Under the pieces are notes generated by a model. The model ran no database searches. It was given only the letters and a program-made list of their open reading frames with translations, and was not told the origin of the DNA. Positions 42,301 through 54,700 of a stretch of 64,000 nt of DNA are shown piece by piece. Position numbers and translations under genes: made by a program. The stretch spans positions 99,841 to 163,840 of the forward strand of contig MNCI01003408.1 of NCBI GenBank assembly GCA_015680685.1. The letters are read 5' to 3'. Position 1 is the stretch's first letter; each line of letters begins with the position of its first letter. The stretch comes from Gnetum montanum. Its lineage: Eukaryota > Plantae > Gnetophyta.

Positions 42301-45300
42301 AAACTGAACTCCCCATTTCAATTTATGATTCATAAGAATCGTGTTAGACAATTGAAATGTGCCTCTAGCGGCTACTGCAGCATATACTGAACCGAGTAAC
42401 AATTCAACTCCTTGAACTTCTATGCAAAGCAACAAAGCACTTGTGATAAAATCATCAGCTAAAGCTAACTGAAAATTTGGTTGAACCATGCATAATGCAT
42501 CTGTATCTAATCTACCTTGAAATTGATAGATCTTTGCCTTTTCCCATGCAACTTCGGGATCACTACTAGTTCCATCTCCAATAACTCTACTATCTAACAA
42601 AATAACAACATACTTTGCACCTATATCATAATTAAACTTTAGGCTAACCATGATATCGATTTGACCTAAGTGTACATAATTATGACCTTGCTTTTTCCAT
42701 TTTTCTATTTCACCTTCTGTGAACATGGGCAAGAAAACAAGACGAATGCCCTTACCTTTTATATCTAACAGAGTTTCTATTTGTTTGATGGATGTAGTAA
42801 TCTTGCAGAAAATGTGTTGGCAAAGTTGTAAATGGCATCCTTCGGAATCTCTAGAAACTTGATATCTTTGTGCTCAGAGGACAAGAATGACTTATGCTTC
42901 TTCATTGCTTCAGCAAATGGTAGGATTTCCTTTTGAGCTTCAAAAATTTCTCCAGATTCTAGCTCAGCTTCAATTAACTACATATTGTTCGATCTGAACA
43001 TATGCAACCGATGATGTATATCACCATCTTCTTCATAATAACCCATGTCTACATCATTATCATAGTGAACTTCTATTTCCATGTCACGTTGGTCTTCAAT
43101 TTGCTGTTGAACTACCATATTAAAAAGCTAGACTCTGAATCTTTGATCTTCCTCTTGTTATATATGTGCCTCTGTTTCTTCATCATAGACCGAATTGGCT
43201 ATTTCATCATAGATTCTTGTTGATCCATCAGCAACTCTGTCTAACAAAATTCGATCTTCTTCCTCAAACGGGCNTTCAGCAACTCTGTCTAACAAAATTC
43301 GATCTTCTTCCTCAAACGGGCTAGGATCTTGGTTTAGGTCAAGGATTATAGGAATAACACGAGAGGAGGTAGCTGTTTTAGGAGGGTATAAATAGCTAAA
43401 TCCATATTTGTCAAAGGATTCAACTTGAGTAACAGGAGGATTTTCTTCAGCTTCATCTTCAGATAGTTCGGAAATTTCAAAAATGACTCAAGTGGGATTG
43501 GATGTAACTGTTTAGCTCCACAATGTGTGAAAAGGGGGAGCTGCAAGCTAGCATCTTGGGGATAGACGTATCAAAGCCTGCTCACAAACTGAAGGGACCA
43601 TCAGGTTGCAAGTGTGGGGTCCACCACTGGAAAGGCTACACACCATGGAATTAAGACCTCGTTAAAAAATTTGTTTCTCCAAAGCATAGCTCAAGTTGGA
43701 GCATATCAAACACTGGGAGAATACATCATGGGGACTAAGTCATAGGAAAGTTTGCTCACTCACCGGTAAATTATTGCTCTTTGTTTTCCAACATTTAGAG
43801 GATAGGGACCATGTGTTGCTGGGAGGGCTATGGTTTTTCAAGGTAAGGGGCCTAGCCCTTACGCATTAGCAACCAAGGGTGCAACAAGATCCAACCCTCT
43901 TCTCTAGGGCTTCCATTTGGGTGTGAATCTTGAGGGTGCTATAGGAACTTTGGAATACAAACTTTTTGAAGACTCTTGCAAGATTTTTTGAGGAGTTTAT
44001 TACCTTGAACAAGTTCACAAAGTCGAAGGAGCATATGGGGTTTGCAAGACTTTGCATGTGGAAGTTGCTCTCTTCAAATGATCTAGAGGAAGAGGTCATT
44101 TTGTACCTTCCCTCTAGGGAAGAGAAAATATTAGTTAAATATAAAAACTTCTCAACAGACAAAATGGGACCACTGAATCCTGTGCAAATTGTGGCAAAAG
44201 TAACCATGTTGAAACAAACTATAGGATCCACAACAAGGCACCTGGGCCAAAACAAAAAGCAGATGCAGACGACTATGCACTGGTGAGGAGAAAAGGTTGC
44301 TTCTCACCAACTGCTAAAGTGTGGGACTTGCAGCACTCTAATACTATGGGTGCTAGAGGGGATAGTCCTTCCCTAAGCCCTACCAATACCGAGGCCATTC
44401 ACACACCCCTGAGCCTTGCTAGTGGCAAGGCTGTTTGCACACCCTGCCACACTAAGGAAGAGCTTCCACCATTGGGGGGGATGGATCTGGACAATGTGTG
44501 GCTCCGCTATGCCAAAGTTGGAGGAGATCATTCAGAAGTACCAACAAGAAGAAAACCCAAGTTTTATGGTTACAATAGAAACTCGAAAGGTAGGATGCCC
44601 ATTGGGCCAAGAAATACAAATTGGAAAAACACAACAAGATATTGACTTGGAATCTCAAGCAATCCTTAAGGAGATTTACAAAAAATGGTCTACAAGTAGA
44701 CCATGAAGATACTATCATGGAATTGTTGGGGACAAGGTACCCCCTACAAAAGCACTCTAAAAGAATTAGTGCACACTAAAGGTTGTATGGTGGTGTGCCT
44801 CCAGGACACTAAATTGCACACCATGCATTGTAATACATAACGTTGGCAAAGCTAGCACTCCCATTTTGTGGATTGCTGATGTAGGGCAAGGGGGCTAGCT
44901 ACCCTCTTTCACATGTCTTTTGACATTGTCAATTCTTCTACATGGAGTATCACCATTTTTTTGCCAATGCAAGGTTTATGGATCACCAATTTTTATGGCC
45001 CCCAAGACTAGGGGGAGCATCTACACAAGCTACTAAGGATTGTTGGTTGCATTTTGAACTAGTGAGCTTGGATACTAATTAAAGACTTTAATAAGAGGCT
45101 CTACACATGGGAAAAGACTGGGGAAGATACTGAACCTCCACTAGGAGGTTAGCAATTCCTACCATTTCTTCACACTTTTGACTTAATCAATGTCAATATT
45201 AAGGGATGCCTTTGTACCTGAAGCAATAGGAGGAAAGGACCAAACTGGGTCATGTCTTGGATTGATAGGGTTTGGGTCAATGCAGAAATCCTTATCAATC

Positions 45301-48300
45301 ACGAAGTCTTAGTCCAAGGTCATGAAGGGAAAGCATCTAAGCACCATGCTCTTATCTGTAAGGTCTAAAAACCATATAGACAAGGATCTACCCAATTTAG
45401 ATTTGAAAGACCTTGGCTAACAAAGCCATGGATGCAACCTCTAGTTGCTGACATCTGTGCAGAATATCTTTTCCAAGTGGACCCTTGGGATCTTCTGAAA
45501 CACAACATGGCTAAGCTCAAGCAAGAGATACAAAACATGAAAGTGTCTAAAAGATATTCCTTCCAAGCCTCTTGTGCTATGGTACAACAAAAGATGATCG
45601 ATGTCCAACCAAGATAGGAAGTTGGGGAATCGTTGGTGGAAGAGCAACACGGTTTGTTGGTAGCACTCCAATAGTAGTTGGAAAAAGAGGAACAATACTA
45701 GAAATAGAGATCATAGGTCAAATGGCTTAGGGAGGGAGACAAGAACACTCACTTTGTTTTGCTGCTACAAAATTCAATAATGAGGCCAAAAGATTCACAA
45801 TCTTTTACAAGAGGGACATATCCTCCATGATACAAATGATATTGCTTAAGCTATGCAAAGATATAGGTCCAATATCTAGAGAAGGGGGATTCCTCCTCCA
45901 TTTTGGTTCTGATCCAAAGAGCAGTTGGGGAGGCTGATAACCAAAGGCTTATCACCCCCATTGCCAAAAAGGAGTTATCAGAAACTATGGCAATGCTCAA
46001 ATTCCCTAAGGGCCCAAGACTAGATGGATGGCCCATTGAATTCTTTCGCAAATTTGCAAATATATTAGGGGGTAATATACTAGATGCCTTCAATCTCATG
46101 TAAAATGATAGCAAATTTGACGTGAGATCAACTACTCTAGGATTGTGATTATCACAAAGACCATTACTCCAATGGAACTATCACAATTCAAGGCCATTGG
46201 AGTGTGCAACATGCTTCTCAAACTTTTCACAAAAATTCTGGTCAAGCATCTCTAGTCACTGATGCCAACCTTGGTTGGTATCCAACAAGCAAGATTCATC
46301 ACAGAGAGATATATACAAGACCAGATCCTTCTCCTACAAGAGGTAATGCATTCAATCCAACACACCAAGTTCCTAGGTATGTGTATCAAACTTGATATCA
46401 CCAAAGCTTATGACATTGTTCATTGGAGTACCCTCTAGGATATCATGATCAAGAAAGAAATTCATCACAAATTTGTTAACTTATGCATTAACCTTCAATC
46501 CACGAGGGCATACTCTTTTGATATCAATGGGCAGCTTTGAGGGTTTTCCTCCCATAGAGAAGGCTTCACCAAGGGGACCCTCTCTCACTATACTTATTCA
46601 TTATTGCTATAAACACCATGAATTTTTACTGTAGGATAGAAGGCATCAAAAGATTGTACATTGAAGAGCTGAAATGTATCACTAAACACTATGCATACAA
46701 AACAATACTAGTTACTTGGGCAATTGTACCGTAGGCACAAGCAATGAACAAGGCACTTAATAGAATGGTGCATGAGGTGGGGTTGGAGCTCAATAGGGGG
46801 AAATCCACAATCCACATCTTTTACACTAAAAGAATTGTTAAAAATCAAGTATGCCGAGAGCTTGGAATCCTACAAGGAACAATACAAGATTCCTATTTGG
46901 GAATGCCCATATTTGCCTGGAATAGGAAGATGTCATGGAATAAGCTAATTCAAAGATTTCAATCAAAAGTGGGGCACTAGACTTCATGCTTCCTCACAAG
47001 AAAAGGAAAGATCATCCTAGCAACTTTGGTCTTGTTTGCCATTGCTAAATTTGTTGCCTTTGTCACCATTCCTCCAAAAGGTGTCATTAACAAAGTGGAC
47101 CAAATTATTTAAAATTTTATTTGGCCTAGAGGAAAAGGGGATGAACAAATGCACCTTGTCTATTACAAGGAGGTCGCTAGACAAAAATTGACAAGGGGTT
47201 TGGGGGTGCTAAAGTTCAACAATGCCATCCTAATGGGATATCAAGGCATCATAAATAGATTCATGCAACATCATAACTATTTAGCATAGGTGTACTTATA
47301 CTCAAGAAAAAAAATCAACCTTGGACCATACATCTAGTGTAACCTCTATAACCATGCACATCAGGTGACTTAATAGGGAATGCCAAGAATGCAGCCATGC
47401 AACATCATCAAACACAAAAACCCTATTGTTCTTGTTTGGCGGGCCGCTTGGAAAGGGCACCTATAGGAAAAGATTAAATGCTTTATTAGGCTCTTTTCCA
47501 AGAGCACGTTGCTAATGCAAACACTCCTATGAAAGCAAAAATTACAATTAAGTCACACATACCCCCTCTTTTGTACTACAAAGGAAACGATCCATCATTT
47601 CACCTATGTCTACGCATTTTCTTCTCCCTGGAGGGTTGTCACCATTCAACTGCCATTGCACTTTCACGGTGACTTGCCTACCACTGCCATTCTCTAGTGC
47701 ATCTAGAAAGTCCACAACAAACATATATTTAGGTTAGCATCGCTTAAGCTGCCAATGCAAGATGCATTCCTTCAGCAACAATTGTGAAAAGAGGTAATGG
47801 TAGCAATGGGAGGGATCCCTACCTATGAGCCTAAATGCAAGAACCTTGAAAGCAACCAAGAGCTCTAGGATATGGTGACACAAGTGGGCAAGGTGACATC
47901 TTGCCCCTACTTGTAGGAGACCCTAACCTTGCTGACAAGTCCTTTTACAAACATTAGAGAGGGGACTCCACAATGTTCCATGGCATACACATTTCCTTAA
48001 CAAAGGTAACTATTGCAAGGTTCCTGGGGGTGCCAAAGTAAGGGAAGGTTGTCTTGCCCACAAGTGGCAGGTTGCAATATAATGAAGGTTTCTATAATAG
48101 GTCACTGCCCAAGACAAGTAATGGGCAAGTCTCAAAGTCAACCCTACCACAACTTTGGTAGAAAGCTGCAGAGTTACTGAACTGCTATTTCATGCAATCT
48201 GGAAACATTTAGAAACTACAAAGAGCTCACTTCACATTCTTAAGGTGCCTATGGCTTGGTTGCTAGGTTAACATGCAAAAATTTCTTATAGCTTCCTTGC

Positions 48301-51300
48301 ATAGGGAGTGCAAGGGGCATCATTTTGGCCCTCTGGTAGGCTGCCCAACCGCTGGACCCACCACTGACTAGGCCCTCACCTTTCACAACCATCTACAAGT
48401 GACATTGTAATATTGAAGGAGCTTCCTCATCCTTGGCGCTAGTGGCACAAGGTGCTATGGGAAGGATGGGAGATGGATCTGGCTTAGATCGATAGGAGTC
48501 TACAACAAACCAACCATTTAATGTACAAGGGCAAATCATGTAGGCCGCAAAAGTACTCTACTAGGAGTTACAAGTGAAATATGAGGAGGACCTCACAAGG
48601 GCCACAACTAAGGTGAAGGCAAGGGTGCATGCGAAAGAGAGGGCTACTTGGGAGGCAAAGCTACATAAACACAAGCAAGAGCAACGATTGCACACTGAGC
48701 AGGAAGAACAACACCACATAGAGGTTACCAAGGAGGGTAGACGCTAGAAAGATCTAAGAAAGATTGCCATCAAGAACGAACTGGAAGATATCTTAGACAC
48801 ACAAATAAAGGAGGAACTGCTCAAGGAGGAGCACGAGCGTAAAAAGAGGGCCGAAGAAGAGGAGGAACAACAAGTCAAGGACTTGCTAGAATAACAAATG
48901 AAGCATAGCAAAGATGCAACACACAATTCAAATGCTCATCATTGGCTACAAATGGAACACTGCCCATACATCTTCATGGACATCAACCAAAATACAGCTT
49001 GACACACTTTACACATATTCACTTGGATTACCATGGGCAAATTGCATCTTGATGGCGCCAAAGGGTTGAAAGCCAAGGAGCACAAGCAACAAGAAGAATA
49101 GTATAAGCAATTCCAAAAGGTTGTTGCCTTTGTGGTGTCTAAACATCATAGAGTCATCATGGATGCCATTCATGCCCCATAAAGGGCATGCTGCCCTTGC
49201 ACCAAGCTACCAAGACCCATTTAAAGCTAGGTTATGGAGTGGACTATGGTAATGATAGGGGGAGATTTGAATTGGGGGGTTCCATTTGCCCTAATTTGGA
49301 AAGTTTTTGTTTAGTGCCACTCAGGGTATTCTGCAATCCATTGTGTGTCTTGTTTTCTATCAGTCTGGGGGAGATTTTGGTTTCTAACAGGGGTTCTTCT
49401 CCCCTCCCTACCATTTAGAGTGTACATACATTGATTCCTGATTTTATGATAAAAACCTCAACCTCTTCTCAAAAAAACAAAATAAAAAGATCAAAGAAAA
49501 TCTTAATAATATAATTAAATACATTCAATTTCAGTTTTGTAATAGCCTTTTATCACAACTTTATTTCATAACAATGTTTATTAGTATCACATATTCTACT
49601 CACAACTCATATGTGCACGTGGACTTTAATTTTGAACCTAATGATTATAAATGGAATGCTCTAAACATCAAGTGTAGGACTATAAAATCCACCTTGTGAG
49701 TTGGGACCAGGTCACACACCCCCATAACGCGGGGGGCTAGGCATTTCCAACTTTGAGGACAAGTTGACGATGGGACAGCAACGCCTATTACTCTGGTTCA
49801 CGAGCCAATTTGGGTAGCCGGCTCAGTGGGTCCGAGTAATGAATGCAAAATATAGACAATGGTAGGCGGGGGCACAGGACTCAAAGCCCTGGCAGATGCT
49901 CTACAACCACACACGCAAAATGCAAGCACAAGGGTGGTTGATTCTTGAGCCACGTTGCTTGTTGGCAACCATGTACTTGTCGGTACCAGGCTAGCGGAAG
50001 ATCTGGAAGGGATAGCTGCCTAAGAAAATTAAAGTGTTGCTATAGTTAATTAAGAACAACGTGCTGCCTCTTTAGGCGCTCATATGTAGGCAAGGCCTCA
50101 TTTTGGATGACACCTATCCTCTGTGTGGCGCTGCACCTGAGACCGTGCAGCACTTCATTTACGAATGCGCCTGCATGCGCTCCACATGGCGTACTACAGG
50201 TTCGGCCCCCCGATGTGCTTCACTGGCAATTCTTGAGCCACACTACTTTTATGGGTAGCGTGGAAGATGAGAAATCGCATAATCTTCCAACAACACAAAC
50301 TACCACCCCCCCCCCTCCACAGGTAGTTTCCCAAGCCGAAGTTACGTGGAAAGAGATTGAGGCAACAATGGAAGTCATGCTGATGTACAAGCCTGACTAT
50401 GCAACGTTCCAAACAGATGAGGAGCTGTGGCAGATGGTGGAGCAATGCAGCTGGAGCGACGTGTTGCAATGACTAGTCAATGACCCAAACCTCTCTGACA
50501 ATGCTTTTTTCACTAACTAGAACAAGGACCAAACCTACTTTAGGGGTACAGAGGTCATCATCATTGAGTCCTCGATTGCCAAGTGTCTGGGGGCCTAGGC
50601 CGATGGCAAAATCATTCTACCATCCACACACAAGCTACAAGATGCCGAAATTTTCTTCAACGGGCCAATGCCATGCACTCAGAGCAGACAAGTTCCTAGA
50701 TCCTCCCTACCCCTAATCTAGGCCCGAGCAATGGATCTTGTGGACAAATTTTTTGTTCAATCTAGCAACAGGTCAAAACTCCAAGGCATCCACTTCACTT
50801 TCCTCAAATGCCTTAAATTGGGAGTTAGGGTTAGCCTGCCCAAGTTTTTTCTGGCAACTCTACAACAACAAAGGCGAGGCTACCACTCTGGGCTCATCTT
50901 GGCCTTATGATGGGGGCCAACAGGGGGGACAACATCCTTCAAGGCTGCAGAGTGCCCCCCCGTTAGGAGGCTCCTTGTCTGACCCATCCCTTTCAACCAG
51001 CCAAGAGAGTCTATGGACCCAACCCACGATCACGTATACAAGGAGAAGACATAGCCATTGGGGACAAAGGCCCCCAAACCCCATGGAGGTGTCGAAGATG
51101 TCACCACCTAAAACATCAAGGCGCAACGAAAGCAAGGACGAGGTGCTACAGCAAGCAACATAGGAGGCCGCAAGCGCAGCACGCAACATTGAGCACTAGG
51201 AGTGGGAAGCAAAGTGGGAGGAAGCCCTCGCTCACGCACAGACCAAAATGGAAACCCATTTCCATGAAAGCGAGCAAGAGATAATTAGGAAACAAGCCCT

Positions 51301-51714
51301 ACTAGCAGATGCAACCCAGGCCCATTTGGTGGATGATATCCAGGCCCAAGTGAGAGACGAGCTGCTCTATGAGAAAATTGCCCAAAGAGACCACAAGGCA
51401 GTTGAACAAGCTTAGCAGGAGCAAGAGCAAGAGGAGGAGGCACAAAGACAACGCCAACTAGACCAGGTGCACAAACAAAGTGCACACCAATGGCTTAGAG
51501 TTGGACGATGTCCATACATCATCCTAGGCATCAACTATGACTGCACGTGGGTGGAGCTCCAACGCCACATCCGTCGGACCTTGACGTGTTTCCACCCAGA
51601 CGAGGGGATGTCCACGAAGGATCGAAACCAACGTGAATCAACCATGCAAGGTCTCCAACAGGCCGCCAACTTTGTGGACACGAAGCTCCATCGTAACACG
51701 TTGAACATTCTCCA

Positions 51715-51750
<36 letters not shown>

Positions 51751-54700
51751 ACCCCTTGTCTTGTATGGTATTTTTTGACGTCAACAGTTGGTGCACAGTT
51801 TGGGCACAATGGATTGAGGATTAAAAACCTCCCACCTAGGCCAAGGTCATTGACGCACATTTTGTAACATCTTGTATTCTATTTTCAGTAATTTAATCCC
51901 GAACATTTCCTCCCAAAAAAAAATGTAGGACTATATATTAACTAGTAAATTCATTCACTAATTAAAATTGTAAGGGTAGCCTCAGATGTTTTTGTTCTTG
52001 ATGGGAAAACATAGTGTGTACTTGTTATAAACAATCCACAGTATTGTGTTTTAGCATGCAATTTATAACATTCTTAAGGATTTGAAACATTTTATCCCTT
52101 TGGCATTTTTTCTGTCTTATAAAAAAATCAAATCATCTCAAAAAAAAAACCAAAATAGATGATAATGAGTGATATTCCAACAAGAATGTAATTTCAAACT
52201 GTACATTATGTTAGTAGTTCATAAAATCTATTTTCCAGAAAAAATACAAGGCTGAACAGCCTCAATTACTGAACCATGTATATTTTTGTCATTGCTTACA
52301 GGCATTGCTAGCTGCCCATCATTACTTTCCAGCAAGTAATCTATATATATTATTCCATCATCCGAGTATAGAATTCAGTATACAAACGTAAGCATTAGAG
52401 CCTTCCAGTTACAATGATTAGATTCAAGGGTCAAGTTTGCACATTCCTCTTAAGGACACAGATTGTTCAGCTTGATGTTTGTCAAGTAGTCAATCGGCCA
52501 TTAAAAGTACCATCAAATAACCAGCCTCACCCAAATGCAATGGTATAAAAGCAATGATGATTTTAAAAAGAAACAGAATGGGGTGGGAAACAACCCAAAA
52601 AAGAAAAAAGAAAAAAATGGTCTTGCTCCTTTTTCCCTCCTCGCTGGAAGTTGCCAAACCAAAGGCTTTTATACATACAAACAAGACTCTAATAGTAGTC
52701 GATAGCTCCCACTTGACCTAATACCTACCAGGGAATCAAAATTATAGCCTCTCTCATATAAGACCTGCACAACTTAGCAACGTACTAGTTGACAAAGACT
52801 CAAAATCAAATAACCACAAATACAAACAGGCAAAGTGAAAGGAAACAGAAGACATGAAAACACACCTGTCATATCTTCACTTGAAGAGCCTGTGCGATTA
52901 AGGCCAGCAAGAAACTTAAACATCCCAGAGTGAACAGAATCAACTCTGTAAGAGTAAATTTTGACACTTGCTTCCAAAGTGCAACTAGCCTGTTAAAACC
53001 ATGCACCCTTAAATTTAGTTCCCAAACTCCAAAGCATTGATATCTGCTTAAGCAAACAATTTAAATATATTTAGATATTAATAAGCAACAATAACAATAG
53101 TATACTGCAAGCCTCTCCCATAGTATATTTGATCTTCCCTAGTCAACTAGCATTTCTGTATACAACGCTGAAGAAATGTATAAGTTCTAAAACAGATTGG
53201 TGAGACAGAAACATGACATTGGTCAGAACAAGTAACCATGGATAAACACTTTAATTTTGTAAGGAAAAATGCAATCAAGGTTTATCATATTATGAATTAA
53301 ACCAAAGTTGTGAGACTTGAAGGAACTTATATCAAAATTATTTCCAAATTAAGAAGCGGAGTTAAGTCTTACAATGGAATGGATCACCCCTGGGTGTCTG
53401 CAAAAGCATGTAGACAAATTTACATGGATATGCTGTGAAATAGGTTCTACACCATTTATTTGCATGTATTCATAAAGTACAATATCAGGAGGGGACAATG
53501 TCAAATCATTGGAGGAGAAGAAGCACTATAGTACCTATGTACAAGAACAACAGAGACATTTAAAACTATAGAAACTATAAAGGCATCAAGCTTATGTGTC
53601 ACACTATGAACTTATGGAAAAGAGTTATAGAACAATGCTTAAGGCAAGAATCAACTCTTTCTGAAAATCAGATGTGTTATGTCTAGAAAATCAACTGTGG
53701 AAGCTATTTTCTTGGTACTAATGTAGAAATTTAGGTGTAGAAAGAGGAATCTGCATAAGCAGTTAAGCATGCTGCTGTCATTGAAGATAGCTCATGGCGT
53801 TCATTTTTGCTTGTTGCTTGGAACCAAAAAAACTGCTACTACTCTATGCCTTTCAGCCTGCTTGAACAATTTTCCATTATCCCATTGACTCCTATGAATC
53901 TAGAAAACTTGTATTTCTCATTCACAAATTCATCTTTGTCTATTTGTATTTCTCATTCACAAATTTATCTTTCCATATGCTTTTCATTAATTTAAAGAAT
54001 GTGTATGATAAAGTCCACCACAGGTTATTTGATGGATGTTAAAGAGAAAAAATATTTGTTGGATGCATAAACATTATTCAAGACATATAGGATGGAGACT
54101 AACAAAGTTCACCATGATGATTAGGCTACACCAAGGATCTACTCTAAGCCCTTATTTGTCTGCCATTATTATGAATGAGCTGACTATAGAAATACAAGAT
54201 CATATCCTTGGTGTATTATGTTGCCAATGATGTTGTATTGGTGGACAAATCTCAAAACACCCTAGCTATGAAGATGGAGACTTGGATAACTAACCTAGAT
54301 TCAAAAGGGCTGAGGATTAGTAAAAATAAAATGTGTCTTTAATGGAAAAGAAAGTAATGAAGATATGAAGACTAGAACTAGTGTTATGAGACTCAGACTT
54401 TGCAAGTCCCTCATTTTTCCAAATGAACTTGGATCATCATTATCATCATCCTAGCCTTGTCCCAACAAATGGGGTCAACTAGAAGATTTCATATAAATGC
54501 AACTAAAAAATTCAACCTTACCTCCATATATGTAACAAAAATTGAATTTTTCTGAAAGTAACAAAAATATTTTTAGCCTGATTGGTCTACTTTCTAGACA
54601 ATAGCATTTTTCCTCAACTCACAATTCTATTTATTCCATAAAAAGAAAACAAATTTAAAGAATTAAATGCAAAGCCCACAATCCAACTTTATTGTAAAAA

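Larger units (their letters stand above)
38686..43548 (-). mobile_element. Endogenous caulimovirid (pararetrovirus) segment: single MP-CP-AP-RT polyprotein, decayed
   Basis: Nine consecutive ORFs starting at 42732 through 38913 share one frame, in the order movement protein, capsid with zinc knuckle, protease, RT. Confidence 0.93.
43550..49480 (+). mobile_element. Near-full-length degenerate L1-clade LINE copy G with extended ORF2 (EN-RT-zf-RVT-accessory domain-coiled coil-J-domain)
   Basis: ORF1 DUF4283-type DRDHVLLGGLWFF...SIWV*ILRVL*ELWN...GFARLCM ends TGA at 44706. ORF2 starts MKILSWNCWG at 44703, has GLHQGDPLSLYLF (46561), zf-RVT at about 47450-47620 and J-like end at 48940-49182. A-tail from 49471. 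Confidence 0.92.
49685..51923 (+). mobile_element. 5'-truncated J-domain LINE copy H with poly(A) and target-site duplication
   Basis: TSD TGTAGGACTATA at 49673-49684 and 51924-51935; poly(A) 51915-51923; GGLGI, zf-RVT (YPLCGAAPETVQHFIYEC), accessory domain, J-domain with HPD at 51593-51601. Confidence 0.93.

Noticed and set aside
43228-43321. Perfect 46-bp direct repeat within the viral region
   Set aside because: The copies straddle a single N at 43274, typical of a scaffolding overlap artefact.
51467-51778. Stand-alone host DnaJ gene with a poly-proline tail
   Set aside because: It lies inside a TSD-bounded LINE, has no promoter or ATG (GTG start), and the prolines come from a poly(C) expansion absent in other copies.
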